Source of the DNA: Bispira polyomma
Lineage: Eukaryota
DNA length: 64,000 nucleotides
Assembly (NCBI GenBank): GCA_965649765.1
Contig: OZ287754.1
Coordinates: 51,522,001 to 51,586,000 of the forward strand
Reading direction: 5' to 3'
The notes below the pieces were generated by a model. It was not told where the DNA came from. It did not search any database and saw only the letters and a program-made list of their open reading frames with translations. A program made the translations under genes and the position numbers. Below, in pieces: positions 1 through 12,844 of this stretch; the stretch's first letter is position 1; each line of letters starts with the position of its first letter.

Positions 1-918
1 TATCTACCTTTATCTGGTATTCAAGGTGGCAATTCACCGTTTCGTAACCCTTTTCGACCCGAAGAGAAAAATATCGATGGAGTCTCTCAAACACAGACTC
101 ATTCTGGCATTCTGGGAGTTACAAAATGCCATTGAGTGCTTTCGGACAACCTAGGGGTTTAAAGGTTTAATTGCAGAAGTAAACAGCACCAGTAACTGAA
201 GACAGTGATGTGGATTATCTGACCATTAACATCAATATCCCCTAGGTTATTTAGCCTGTCCACTGAGGATAGGACCCAATAACAGATCACTGCCCATCTC
301 AAGTGGTCATCTCGGCCACTTTGTATCAGCCTGTACATAGCCCCCCCCCCCCCCCCCCCCACCACCACAAGCATAAACTGAAATTAAACCTAGGTCTTCA
401 GTGTTCCAAAGTGAGTGTTACCTACTGGGCCATGATGGATAATTTACCACTATATTTGCCACAGATATGGTGCCAGTTTTAAACTAGTGTAAACAATGCT
501 TTAAAGAGGAGCAATATTTAACCAAGACTCAGCCCAGATAAGGACTATGTGGGTTGCGATCTTATTCAGATCCTACATACATGTGTGGTGCCAATTCTAA
601 AATTCAGGGTGAAGCTATGTTGGATATTTTGGCATATGAATACATGACTCTAAACCTTAAACGATAACACCTAAAACCCAACAGTGAAATAGCAGGGAGC
701 ACTTAACTTTCAGTTAGCTGCGGCTTAGCCAGAGAATGCTAGAATTTAGTAAAATAGTCTGCTGAACAGTGTCATATACCTTTATAACCCATACATAATT
801 ACTACGATAAATGCTAAATGCGTTATCAATGAAGAAAAAAGCTATACAAATACTTCACAGTATTCTAGCAAGCTGTAAGCTAAGCCTTGATATTACTCGT
901 ATTTAAAAATAAATTTAC

Positions 919-3900
919 CTCCAGTCTTTCCATCTTTTTGCATAAATCTAAAACCTCTCTAGTTCCCATAACATTCATCTGCAAGGATAACCTAGAAAAA
1001 CAATTAGATTAAATAAATGTTATTGGTGAAATGATATTGCAAAGTACTACTAAGAGACAGCAAATGGTTTGTTTTATTTCGATCAAGGTCATTACGGTAA
1101 GACCATAGGTCAAAATAAGTCCAGAGCAGCCAAAATATATAAATTTCTGGAAAAATAGACCCTTTCAGGTTCAAAACGACCTCATAATTGCTCTATCCTG
1201 CACTGCTTTAAAGCTAACAGATTTTTTCAAAAAAAAAAACTTTAAAGAAATTTAAGATGGGTTTGCATGTGGATCAATACTTGTGCTCTCTGACAGCCAT
1301 AAATATACACACATAAATATACCCTCATGTAGAAATCAATACAAGCACTGCCTAGGCTCCCCTCATTCAGTAGTCCTGTACAACTACCTAATCATAATCA
1401 TAGCAACTGCCACAAAAAGTGGAATATATCCACATTTAGAAAAGATAGCATTGCCAATTTAAGAAATTTCACATAAGATACAAAACAGAATATATGTAGC
1501 AGATATGAATGCACACTAATTTCCCAGATTATCTTTTGGACAAACCGTAACCGAGAGTTTTCTGCCACAGTATCAATATGTAAGTTACTGAAATATAGTT
1601 CTGATAAGATTTTTTTAGGTCAAGGTAATTACTCCAAGGTCAAAAGTTAAATTAAGGTTTGACCACAACATAGCATATTTACATGCCTTGATGCACATTT
1701 ATACCAATATAAACTTCCTCCTTCTGAGAAATAGCCCAAAATTGTTAAGGACAAGGTCATTACTTAAAGGTCAAAATGAGGTCAAACCATGATGTTTCAC
1801 ACCTGCACCCCAATTGAATATACTTGTACCAGATATGAACTCCTTTAGTCTCAGGTTTTCTTAAAAATAGCGAGAACAAACATGTAGAAGCTGTCAACTG
1901 CTTACTGGCACATAGGCTGTGGGGTAAAAAAACTAGTGGTTAGGGAGTTGGTGATTAGAAGGTCCCAGGGTCTACTCCCGGTACTGGCCGCTAGTTTTAT
2001 CGGTGCGATGACATCCTTGTGCAAGATGAGTACATACATTTACCTAGTGGCTCGGATGACCACTTAAAATAGAGGTCCTATCCCCAGTGGTAGGCTAAAG
2101 ATCCTTGAGAATGTTGATAAATGGTCATCCTCAAGTCTCTCTTGTCAGTTCAGGGGATGACAAAAACTGTGGCAGTTGACTGTTACAGTCAGGAAAGGGT
2201 GAATCAGTGCATCTGAATACCAGATGAATGTGGATATATGTGCTGAGTATAAATATGAATACTAATACAAATATTGCAAGGTTTACAATTTCCTTATGAC
2301 TTTTATCCGTTTAATGAAAACTAATTGACAAACTTACTTGAGAGCCTCATCAAAGCGAACTGTGGCTGCTGAATGAAATACAATGGAAACTTCTGAACAC
2401 AGGACATCTAAATCTGATTGGCTGATACCAAGACCCACTTCAAGAATGTCACCATTGATGGGGACAACCTTATCTCTGTAATTTGGCTGGTCATGTTGTA
2501 GTAACTCGAACAGCTGCAAAATAGAATGGAAGTGTATACGTTGAAACAAAATACATACAGAATATGAACTGAAAGAAGTACTTTATTAAATATTTTGTGA
2601 CCTGAGGGAATAGTATTCCTGTAAACTGAAGGGAAGTCCGAGTGAACGGGTTGCAGATAGTTAGAGTTACTAAAACACACACCACAGAGGCTCTAAGCAT
2701 TTCATAACAGTCTTTAATATACCTTCTTTCAATTTCACTAAAATATCCACCTATACAATACCTTGCTGTCACTAAAATCACTCAATTCCACTAAAATATC
2801 CTCCTATAAAATACCTTGCTCCCACTAAATTCACTCAATTACACTAAAATGTACAGCTATACAATACCTTGCTGTCACTAAATGCACTCAATTACACTAA
2901 AATGTACATATATACAATACTTAACTATCCCTCAATTCACTCAATTTCACTAAAATCTACACATATACAATACCTTGCTATAACTAAATTTACTCAAGTC
3001 TACTATAATGTCTACCTATAGAATACCTTGTAATTGTATTGTATTCAAATTTATACTCAGTGCATATATTTTCCTTCATCTGATATTCCGAGCACTAATA
3101 AACCCTTTCATGACTGTAACAGTCAACTGCATCAGTCCATTCCGTTATTCCCCTAACTGGAGAGAGGCTTGAGGATGACCATTAATCAACATTCCTAAGG
3201 ATCTTTAGCCTGCCACTGGGGGATAGGACCCAGAGCAACTCCCAAACCACTAGGCCACTAGGGATCACTAAATTCATCCAATTTCACTCCAGTGTGTGCT
3301 TTATAATGTCCAAAATGTTGTGTCGTTACAGTCTACAATCTTCATATGGTGTTCAAATTTCACTACTATTTAATATATACTTTATGCCGTAGTCACATTG
3401 AGTATGTTTGCGTTATGTTGTTTTTTGCGTAAATGGGAGAAAACGAAGTGAAAAACCGTGGGAAAATTGGGAAACGTAGCAAAAATCTACGTATAAGCCA
3501 TTTTGTACACGTTCAGTAGGCATCTGTACACATTTGTACATGCATTTAATACATTTTATTAGCCGTTTTAATTATGTTTAAGTTGTTAGCTACGTTTTAA
3601 TAATACGTTAGCCACGTTTTTAGAAATTCTGTTTCAGTCTCGTTCTCCACGTTTTTAAACGTTTGTAAACCCGTTTTGTTCTTGTTCTCCTCTTCCTTAA
3701 TATTATTTGTAAGTATAGTTCGTTTTACTCCCATCCTTTATTTCAAATACGCATTGAATACCTGCTGCGAACTTGCGTTTCCGAAAAATTTTTAGCAAAT
3801 GGGTAAAAACGTAAAAAATTTCGAGAAGTCCGAAAATTAAGACGTTTTTAAAAAAACAGGATATTAAGGGACCATCTTATCCCTACATGCTTGCGTTTTC

Positions 3901-6900
3901 TTACGCACACTACGTTTTGCTTACGTTTTACCTTACATTAGCCATTTTTCGGGCGTAAGTTCAGTGTGACCACGGCATTATATGGATTTTGTTGTGTCCT
4001 GTTTGGTGCGTATATTATTGTCGTGTAGTGACACATCGTCTTCTGTAGGGCAGTGTCATGTAGTGGCCTGTAAGGCCTTTTAAAACTTTACCTTGCTATC
4101 CAGTAAACCATTAACTCTTTCTCTGGCCTGTTGGCCTTTCTTGGCTCTCACCAGCAAATAAATTTTCTTTACGCCAGAACATGACCGGAGTAGTTTTTCA
4201 ACCAGCACCTGCAACATAGAGAAGAGAAAATTAACCTTATGCCCAGGTGTCACTGTGGAGAAGGTGCTGTGAGTATGGTACTGTTAATATTTTTACTTCT
4301 ATAGCACCACATTCAATGACCAGGCAACCTCTGTGGTGCACATCCCAATCAGTATGCAAAGGTGTAGTCCAATTGGAGCTTGGTGATCAGAGTTCAGTAA
4401 TGACCAGGAGACAAATGTTAAGGCAGAAAAGCGAGCTGGTACAGATGTGCTTTGCGCTTTTTCCTGAAACCTGTGATCTTTGTATGCAGGCGATGGATGC
4501 CGAATTCTAAGTCGCCGTAATTCCCTATCCAGGATTCTGAAAGGGTTATTTTTTTTAAATACTTAACTCTTTTGACGAGTGCACTATGCTTTTAATTTAA
4601 GATCTAGGAAGTATACTTTACCAACCTGTGATAAATGCGCAGGCGAGGTATGAAGACTATCAAACGATAAATAATGGCCAGGTCAGACATTGGCGATTTA
4701 GAGTACCAAATCACGAGGAATAGGGATATCACCTCAGTTGGTAGCTCATTGTTTATTCGTCATGTTTCAATGCTTGTCAATCCTCGCCATTAGGCTGCCA
4801 TAATTTAGGAATGTTGAAAAACTGTTGCCATCATTCATTGTAGTTTTTTCCCACCATAAATTTGACATGCTTAGTAGCACCTTCTTTGTAGTGGTGTCTT
4901 ACAGATATGCACCTATATGTTATCATGCCTATATGTCTATCTTCGCCATGTTGTTTAGTCACACATTCACAAATTTGGATGGCGAATATCGGGGAACCAA
5001 AAATTTTCAACTACAGGACATATATGTCCGTTTACTGTTGCCTACAGCAACAGTAATGGTCATGGCAAAAATTATGGACACCCCTATTTTTTTAATCACA
5101 ATCTAATGGTTCTGTATGAATTTTGCTTACAATTTAAATAAAACTAGACCTAGTGCATCAGAGAACCAATGCATATTTGTATCCACCAGAAAGACAAAGC
5201 ACCCAAGCTAGAAGCTTATGATTTCCTAACATTTATGCTAAAGCCTTAAATAGCACAAGTGGGTTTCACATTGCAAACTTGTGGGACCAATAATAAGTGT
5301 GAGATAGGCACTTTATAGTTTGGCCTACCCGTTTGACCTTGCACTAGGGGTCCAAAGTCAAATCTGGCCACAGCAAAAGATTCCCAGCCCATGATTTTCT
5401 ATAGGTTGGTTTGGCACTCCAAACTGGGACCAATAATAAGTGAGACATAGGCACTTTTAAGTTTGGCCATCCGCATTTGACCTTGAGAGAGGGGTCCAAG
5501 GTCAAATCGGACGACATCAAAAGATTCTCCAGCCATGATTTTCTATTGGTTGGTTTCAGATCCCAAACCTCTAGGACCAATATTAAGCGAGATATAGGCA
5601 CTTTTAAGTTTTCCCAAAATCGGCCACTTGGGGTACTTTGGCATTTTGTCGATGACCTTGAATGAGGAGATTCAAAGTCAAATGTCTGCATGCATATACA
5701 GGACATATATATCTGTTAAACATATCAACTGTAAAGAAATACAACCTTCTACAGAAACAGATACAGGTAAAAGCCTGATTATTTTCAAAGAAATGCCCGT
5801 GGTGGCCATCTTGTTTTTCAAAATAAGGCCAAAATTACTCCCAGGCAAGCTTTTGTAATAAAGGACATTTCCTGTAAATTTCAGGAGCCTAGGTACAAAA
5901 GTGTTTCCAGGAGAGCAGTAACGAAAAAATCTCTTCATAACTGCGTAATGATGCCTAATCCATAGTATCCACTGGAGTTTTCCTTTGAATACAATAAACT
6001 AGGAAACAGAAAAATTTCACCTTTAGCAAAGAAGAGAATTGTCATTATTATTCTGGGTGACTATAATTGGTATACTGACTATCAATTATTGCTACAGTAG
6101 TGGTAGCAGACCAATTAACGTCTGTGTAGCAATCGACGCCCACCTTGTGTGAATTATTGCAAATATTGTTTTAACAATGAAGCAAACACAAACAGTTCTC
6201 ATAATTTCCATTATTATATCAGTATGTTTCTATTACCCAAAAGTCTGTTTAAAGGGGCGAATATACCTGGTCAATTTGCGTCTAAATCCATCATACGATG
6301 TTCGTTTCCGTCATCCAGTGTCCAAATATGCAGATACACTACATCTGGTTTTGTACCGATTTTGAACAATCGGCTCCCGATGTGGAGGTGACGTTGGTCA
6401 GGTGTATCCTACTTTCCTTAGATTTTCATTTTTTGGATGACAGAAACGGACGTTATATGACGGATTCAGAAGCAAAAACAGACAGGTGTATTCACCCCTT
6501 AAAAGTAAGTTCCTAAAAAGAGATTTTCGATCACCTTCTTAATCTGGGTGGGCGTAGATTGCTACCCGGGCGTGAACTGGTCTGCCACCACTGGCCAAGC
6601 AGGCCTGCATCGCTAGATATTTTGGTCAAGTAGATACTTTTGTCATTGCCATTTTATATGCCTTTAAATTGAATAATCTTCTATGTTTTTGTATTATTAT
6701 TATACATTGACCTCTCAAGTAACAGATAATATTATTTTAAAGTCTATACTTGGATTAAAATAATGTTTATATAGCCGATAACGAAAATATCTAGCCAAGT
6801 AGCAATTAAAAGAGAAATACACAAACACGATTTCACAGCAAACAGCTGTAGTACTGTACTATACCTTTCCCATAAACCCTGTTGCCCCAGTAACGAAGAT

Positions 6901-6936
6901 ACTCTTGCCTCCATAAAAATCCTGAATACTTGTCAT
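919..6936 (-). CDS. FAR: Fatty acyl-CoA reductase (FAR1/FAR2-like), 5' part; coding exons 6865-6936, 4092-4208, 2338-2513, 919-991; continues beyond the left edge
   Basis: Spliced translation MTSIQDFYGGKSIFVTGATGFMGK|VLVEKLLRSCSGVKKIYLLVRAKKGQQARERVNGLLDSK|LFELLQHDQPNYRDKVVPINGDILEVGLGISQSDLDVLCSEVSIVFHSAATVRFDEALK|LSLQMNVMGTREVLDLCKKMERLE. Has the Rossmann TGxTGFxG motif and the FAR-typical FHSAATVRF. All introns are GT-AG with matching phases (0,0,2). Confidence 0.95.
1933..2270 (+). mobile_element. tRNA-derived SINE (FAR intron 3)
   Basis: A-box-like TAGTGGTTAG and degenerate B-box GGGTCTACTCCC. Body is shared with an inverted copy at 3032-3260 and with fragments at ~210-310 and ~38660-38720. 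Confidence 0.7.
2729..3030. repeat. 53-bp minisatellite, ~5.7 copies
   Basis: The motif ATAC(C/T)TT recurs at 2758, 2811, 2864, 2917, 2970 and 3023, an exact 53-bp period. Confidence 0.95.
3032..3260 (-). mobile_element. tRNA-derived SINE, internally deleted copy of the 1933-2270 family, inserted into the last minisatellite unit
   Basis: Reverse complement aligns to ~2073-2270 and retains the head TAGTGGCCTAGTGG. Minisatellite sequence (cactaaattcatccaatttcact) resumes at ~3266. Confidence 0.75.
3384..3977. mobile_element. Non-autonomous DNA transposon (MITE), PIF/Harbinger-like
   Basis: TIRs TGCCGTAGTCACATTGA / TCAGTGTGACCACGGCA; TTA target duplication at 3381-3383 and 3978-3980; no coding capacity. 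Confidence 0.8.
5283..5612. repeat. ~145-bp tandem units (about 2.3 copies) inside a TGACCTT/GGTCAA-rich interspersed repeat (~5140-5990)
   Basis: GGACCAAT..AAG...GA.ATAGGCACTTT recurs at 5283, 5426 and 5573. Confidence 0.75.
6098..6593. mobile_element. MITE with ~47-bp TIRs, hAT-like CAGTG termini
   Basis: Left end TAGTGGTAGCAGACCAATTAACGTCTGTGTAGCAATCGACGCCCACC matches the reverse complement of the right end, CAGTGGTGGCAGACCAGTTCACGCCCGGGTAGCAATCTACGCCCACC. No clear TSD. Confidence 0.75.
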
Positions 6937-9900
6937 TCTCAACAAATAATGCAAGACAAATATAAAGATGCTTTTGTTGCTGTGGAAAATTCAGTGTTGT
7001 CTTTGGGTTTTTTGAAGTATAATCGATATACACAGGAGTATAAGTATATCTTCCTTCTTCAAACTACATTCAGTCGTGAAACATTTAATTAATGTACAGT
7101 ACAGTTAAAAGCATCACTACATCAGATCACAACACGTGATTATACAAGTATGCAGTATCTAAATATCCTTGCGAATCCCCCTGTTATATATCAACTTTCA
7201 AACCTCCACTTCTAATTAACACACACAAAAACGCGGTACTTTGTGTACTCCTACTTTTTTAAAAAAAAATTTCGCTAATAAGTCACACGACATTATTACA
7301 TAACATGCACTTGGCATGTGTTTAACACGTGTTACATTGAGATACAATGTATTAAAACCCTCGATCAGTTTACTAGTAGGTGATGCACTTTAATGCAAAC
7401 CATATACCCCTTGAAATAGACATCCATATTAATTTCACTGTTTATTTATCCAAATGTGTAACTTCTTCACATATTATGAGACTACTATACACCATCTTGA
7501 TATGAAACCCAATAAGAACATCCAATATTCAGTTTGTGGTTGTTACACACTGTTACGTGCACTTTGTTCAAATCAACAGACACACTTTACGGAGCCACTT
7601 TTAAGACATAGACATATGAATGACACCCAATTTATCGTGGTAACAAGGTGACCTTGTGCTCACAATAATTTAATTATCTCCTTCCCACAAGACCATCTTG
7701 TTGAAATGAGAGCTTCTTATCTAAACAAGATAATTTGAATTGTATAATGCATCTAACCAGTAGGAAAGTTTTGTTTACTCAGGTGTGTGCTTGTGTGTAT
7801 GTGCGTGTATGTGGACGGGGGGGGGGGGGGGGGGGGGTCATTCCCAGGATATATTATAAACATAAATGTTCAACTTTGGACGTGCAACCCAAAAATTGTA
7901 TGTCCTAAAAGGGACTCCGTAGATACCACTTAAAGTCTATTCCGTCTTGACCGTGCTTTAAAGGTCGCCTATTGTGATGAAGTATCGAGGTTACTGTTAA
8001 TCCACTCCACAGTAGTTATAGTTTGTCCAGGGCATTTTGCCTATCCCTTTTGGGGGGAGGGGCTTAAAATGAAATATACTGGAAACTTGGAGCCCATATA
8101 TATCAGGGGCGTAGCTACTATTAACGCCAGTACGCCCAGGCGTACCAATTTAATGACAAGAAAGAAAATAAATAAATTAATTAATTAAAAAAAATAGAAA
8201 AAAGAAAAAAAAAAAATAATAAAATAAGTTTCTTCTTGTTGTTAAATAAAATTTAATTTGGTACTCCCCAATCCCCCCCCCCCTCCCCCCACCCCCCGAA
8301 ATGAATTTTTGGTAGGACAAAAAAGAACATAATATACTAATATATTGGTTTAATTTGGTAGTACCAGATGAAAAATCGTGGCTATTCCCCTGTATATACT
8401 TTTGTGAATACGGCACTGAATCCTTTAATCTTGTGTTTCAATAAAAAAAACCAAAGAACACATTCTCAGAAGATCCCATCTGCTATTTTTGTTTTCTAAT
8501 AATAGTAAGTCTTATTCAAAGCACATCCATGAGCTTTACAGAGAGGGAGAGTGTGCTAGATACATTTGCTTATGCACAAATAAACCCTAATGCAAAGTTC
8601 ACCTGTGCTTTTAGTGAAGAATATACATGTATTACTAAATTCGAAAGCCTGACTATTGACTTAGTTAAAATGGCCCAAAGTTAGCCTTATATTAAGGAAG
8701 AACAGCAATACATTATATATACATATATGTTTGCATTGGAAGATACGGCTTTGATAAGTTTTGTGGTGTAAATGTCAATGAGAATCACTGACATCTGTGT
8801 TTTTGCTATGTGAACAAGATAAGTATGTTGTTTTTTTTTGCCCACAATATATGCCCTACAACAGGCAAGTAGTATTGATCATACAAGAGGCTGAAAGCTT
8901 CTTTATATATTGGGTAGTAAGTACAGAGAAACAAACCTTATACATGATACAAAATTTAGTTGAATGAGGCTTCTGTGGGTCAATATATGATAAGGAAGTG
9001 TACAGTACTGTTAAAGCTATGTTTCCACATACATCCCTACTAATGCCCTGTTTCCATACACACGTAAAAAAACACACACGTAAACGTCATCCGTATACTT
9101 AACATTTTCACTCCTTCTATATTGATTTAGGGTGTTCTCATACATCTGTGTAGGGTGTGCGTATCAAAATAATTTTTGCCGGGTATGGACGACAAAAGTT
9201 CTTTGTAAAGTCCTGGTCCCACCGGCTGTCACGTTTGCTGTCGTTAGAAAATTAATTTGCGTAGGTTTTGCGAGGAATTTGCTGGAGCTGAAGTTATATA
9301 CATAAACATACATAACCTGACGTGAGAGATGACACGCAAGAAATTAATAATTTCAAACCGTTTGAAATTTGGACATGCAAACTACGTAAGATTGATACGT
9401 AGTTTAATCTAACATTTGCGAGAGCTTTGCGAGAGGTGGCGTAGTATAACGGCTATATGCATCACAATGTGTGAATGACGTGGTTTAACATCATGAAACG
9501 TACCTAAACGTAAACAATGACGACTTTCAATGTGTATTGGCGTACTCATACGTGTCATACAGGGATTTAAATACGTACTTTGACGTGAATTGTTGCATCG
9601 GCTGCGAGTCTTTACAGGTATTGACGTGAATCTCTGGGTAAGTTAACGCCTTTGAAGTAATAAAAAAAATATAAATTGACTTGTGCGTGGACTTTTGCAT
9701 CAAATATTTGTGTCAGCCATGCCTGGTTAACATAGACTAATGTAAATCTGGTGGGACCAGGGCATAAGAAGTGTGTCTTCATTTTCTTCTATGTGGTATT
9801 TAGCATCAAAAATTGGGGGCTTATATAACAATACTAAACCAAATGTTGAAAGAATGATAAAAACATTCTACCACAAATATAAGAAAGTTATGCCTTTAAA

Positions 9901-10110
9901 ACTGTATGTTTTAAAACTGATAATCTTGCCTCCTTGTCGTATATGGATAACGTGCATAACGGATACTGTGCATGCTTGTATGGAAGCCGTACCTAAGATC
10001 CTACTTCAACACAGCAAAAACCAGCACTTATCACCACCAGTCGATTAAAATGATGGGTGCTTGTATATTTCTTGGGAGTGTTCACATCTATGCCCAGCAC
10101 ATATACCAGC

Positions 10111-10329
10111 TGGTTCGTATTCACAATAAGTCTTAGCCTTAACTTAGGCTTAAGCTTGACATTTATTTCTGAAATATTTAAGACTACCCTACTGTCAGTC
10201 CAAGCGTTAACACTGGCCAACGATATGGTGTTACCATCACTGGGATTAAGACCAAACTCTTAACCTCTTCGGCCAAAACCAAAGATTTAAGTTTAGTTAA
10301 GACTAAAACGTTTTGTGAATGTGGTACCA
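10111..10329. mobile_element. Small degenerate MITE (Harbinger-like)
   Basis: Imperfect TIRs TGGTTCGTATTCACAA / TTGTGAATGTGGTACCA with internal AGTCTTAG / TAAGACT motifs. Confidence 0.45.
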
Positions 10330-10499
10330 CTACAGATCCCATGTATTCTTTTTCATAAATAATTTAAAACTGAAGTTGAAGCCAGATAAACTGGATTTCT
10401 AATTATGGGTTCCACTAACCCACATAGGGAAAATGTTTAAAAAACAATTGTGCTCTTAGCTAGTAATAAAACTTCAAATTACAAACTTGTATGATGATA

Positions 10500-10745
10500 A
10501 TGTACTTAAGATATAAACATAATCAATGATTGTGACAGGCCCTTCCTCAGCCACACTTTCGAGATCACTCTCGCCAGTCTCTACTGAAGATGTCCCTCCT
10601 ACCTGATCCCTCCGATCTCTCTCATCAGGCTGTTCCACATCTTCTTCCCATGTGGCAGCACATTCTCCTTGTCCGAGGGAATCCACAACCACACCATGAG
10701 TCCTGACTTTGTACCCCTAGGTCCTAAAAACTTCCTGGGAGGCAT
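10500..10745 (-). mobile_element. Possible LTR-retrotransposon remnant (pol end, polypurine tract, start of LTR)
   Basis: GC-richer patch with an acidic ORF running through ...EEGPVT; the minus strand reads GAGGAAGGGCC followed by TGTCAC at 10537. Confidence 0.3.
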
Positions 10746-11494
10746 AGTTCTGATAGTTTATATAATAACTGATAGCTAATAACAATAATGTAAAAATATT
10801 AAACAAATCTCTAAATATTTAAAATAAATTTAAAAAAATAACTCAAAAAAGCAAGTCCTTATCGAAATTATAAATAGACTAATCATGATGTCACGAAGTG
10901 TATTTAAATTCAAATTTGGTACACAAACTACAATGAAATGAATAATTGTACAAAAATCGGATTGTTCTGCTTGTTCTCCATGTAAAAACACCTTTTATGG
11001 CAACATTCAGTTTGTACAGGGGTGTTGCAGGATGCCACAAAATGGTAGAACATCTTAGGAATTATGTCTAACAAGGACAGTTGGTGGAGCTGGGCTATGG
11101 ATTCAGGTGGTACACACCAGTAACAATTTTTCCCCAAGAGGGCCAACTTTATCATGTAAAGGCATTAAACTACTGAAAACAGTAATGTGAATTAAATAGA
11201 GAAACAAACTTGCATTTCAGTGAATACAATATTGGAAAAGATCTACGTGTTCAATTGATTGAATTTCATAAATATTTAATAGATGACATTATCAATGTAT
11301 TTTTATATCTATTTTTCAACTACTTCAATACTGTGTATTGAAAAAAAATCGAACCATAGTATAGGCCTAGCGTGTAAAACAATCATTTCAATACAATTGT
11401 GTCTTAATGCAGCATCCTAATACTAATATGGTCAAAGAGTAACCAAACTGTTCTTTGTTTTTGTTTTTGTTTTAGTCACACTTTAAGAACATAA

Positions 11495-12844
11495 ATGAGT
11501 AGAACCATGGCTATCAGAAGTGGACCAGTCAATATATACACTGTCATCTTATTTTGTCTCATAGTGTACTTGGTTATGAGAACTATCAACAATGTTCAAA
11601 ATATTGTCATCAAAAGAGAGGAACATACTCAGATTATTAACATGAACAGCGGTCAGTGCCAGCAAAGAGATCCCTATGCAGCGATTCCTCCATTCATGTA
11701 CAAGGTCATTGAGGATATAGTGGAAAGTGACAATCTGCTAATGCCAACATGTAGCAATGGTCAGAAGAAAAATTTCGTGTTTCAGCAGGTCTACAGCTGT
11801 GCATCTGAATCTCTGGCTGAACTTTTTGGCAGGTACGTGCTCAAGAATGGCCTTACTGCTTTGGTACCGGTAAGAGAGAAACAATACCTCGGATGGCCAC
11901 ACTATCTCCATAGCTTTATGTACAAGAATTCTACAGATGGCATTTACAATGCATTGATCCACAAGACAGTTTACAACCGCTCCAGAATTGCCCCATTAAT
12001 GCCCGAGGATACAGTGTATATTACCAATATTAGAGATCCAGCATTCAGGCTGGGCACTGCACTGCATTCCGGAGGTATGAAGTCCTGCGGCCACATGCCA
12101 AAGGAAACCGTTGATGTGACTCAGGAGTTTCTAACAGATATGGAAGGATATGACAATGTGTACAAAGCCCCGTCTAACATCCTTCAAATTGAGGAATGCA
12201 GGTGCAACAAGAAAGCTGTCAGCATTGCCCAGAATTCAATGGCCTTTGATTTAGGTTTTTTTACTGGGTTTCACATGTACACCAGAGACAAATCTAGGAA
12301 CTACACGTTCATTCAGAACTGGCTTAAGGATATACATACCCAACTGGACGTTATCATGATCCAAGAAAAGTTCAACGAGTCCTTGGTGTTCTTAAAGAGA
12401 GCTATGTGCTGGGGATTTAAAGACATTCTCTATAAAACCAAGGCTTTCACAGACAGAAAGATGTATACAAGTAAATACAAGGATGAAGATGTGGCCAAAT
12501 TCAGACAATGGAGCAATGTGGACACTTTGCTCTACGACATGTCTTCTCAACTATTCAACAAACGTGTGGATTCTCTTGGTTTAGACTTTCAACGTGAAGT
12601 AAAGCAGTTCGAACAACAGCTCGCCGCTGTCAATATGTTCTGTTATGATGATTCTGAAAAGACGAGCACTGAAATAAAATTCATGGCCTCCGACTGGGAT
12701 TCAGGCTATGTGATCACACGGCAGGACTGTGCTGCACTCTCTTCGAAATGGATGTATGTTAGGCGTGACCTGAGTGTGGACCATGATAAAAGGCATGGCA
12801 GACAAGCACCAGAGGATGGTTGGAACTATGGTGCATGGTGTTAA
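11495..12844 (+). CDS. Galactose-3-O-sulfotransferase-like type II membrane protein, 449 aa, single coding exon; 5'-PSB motif degenerate (possible pseudoenzyme)
   Basis: N-terminal TM anchor (IYTVILFCLIVYLVM); family motifs YITNIRDP, NSMAFDLG, FNESLVFLKRAMCW and WSNVDTLLY. The KTHK motif is replaced by QVYS. A polypyrimidine acceptor ending at 11475 suggests a 5'UTR intron. Confidence 0.9.
   Translation: MSRTMAIRSGPVNIYTVILFCLIVYLVMRTINNVQNIVIKREEHTQIINMNSGQCQQRDPYAAIPPFMYKVIEDIVESDNLLMPTCSNGQKKNFVFQQVYSCASESLAELFGRYVLKNGLTALVPVREKQYLGWPHYLHSFMYKNSTDGIYNALIHKTVYNRSRIAPLMPEDTVYITNIRDPAFRLGTALHSGGMKSCGHMPKETVDVTQEFLTDMEGYDNVYKAPSNILQIEECRCNKKAVSIAQNSMAFDLGFFTGFHMYTRDKSRNYTFIQNWLKDIHTQLDVIMIQEKFNESLVFLKRAMCWGFKDILYKTKAFTDRKMYTSKYKDEDVAKFRQWSNVDTLLYDMSSQLFNKRVDSLGLDFQREVKQFEQQLAAVNMFCYDDSEKTSTEIKFMASDWDSGYVITRQDCAALSSKWMYVRRDLSVDHDKRHGRQAPEDGWNYGAWC

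Noticed and set aside
341-360. Long C/G homopolymers (also 7817-7837 and ~8273-8297) as functional G-quadruplexes
   Set aside because: Simple homopolymer runs associated with repeats; no other support.
2729-3030. Regular repeat array resembling a CRISPR
   Set aside because: Units are contiguous with no unique spacers, there are no cas genes, and the context is a eukaryotic intron; it is a minisatellite.
5344-5938. Several 60-120 aa ORFs
   Set aside because: They lie in an interspersed repeat and their internal repetition follows the 145-bp DNA units; no recognisable domain.
7125-7141. E-box/SREBP-like motif ATCACAACACGTGAT upstream of the FAR start codon
   Set aside because: Plausible for a lipid gene, but it is a single short motif and the transcription start is unknown.
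10928-11155. Cys-rich 75-aa ORF and other short ORFs in 7000-11400
   Set aside because: No recognisable domain or consistent splice structure on either strand.
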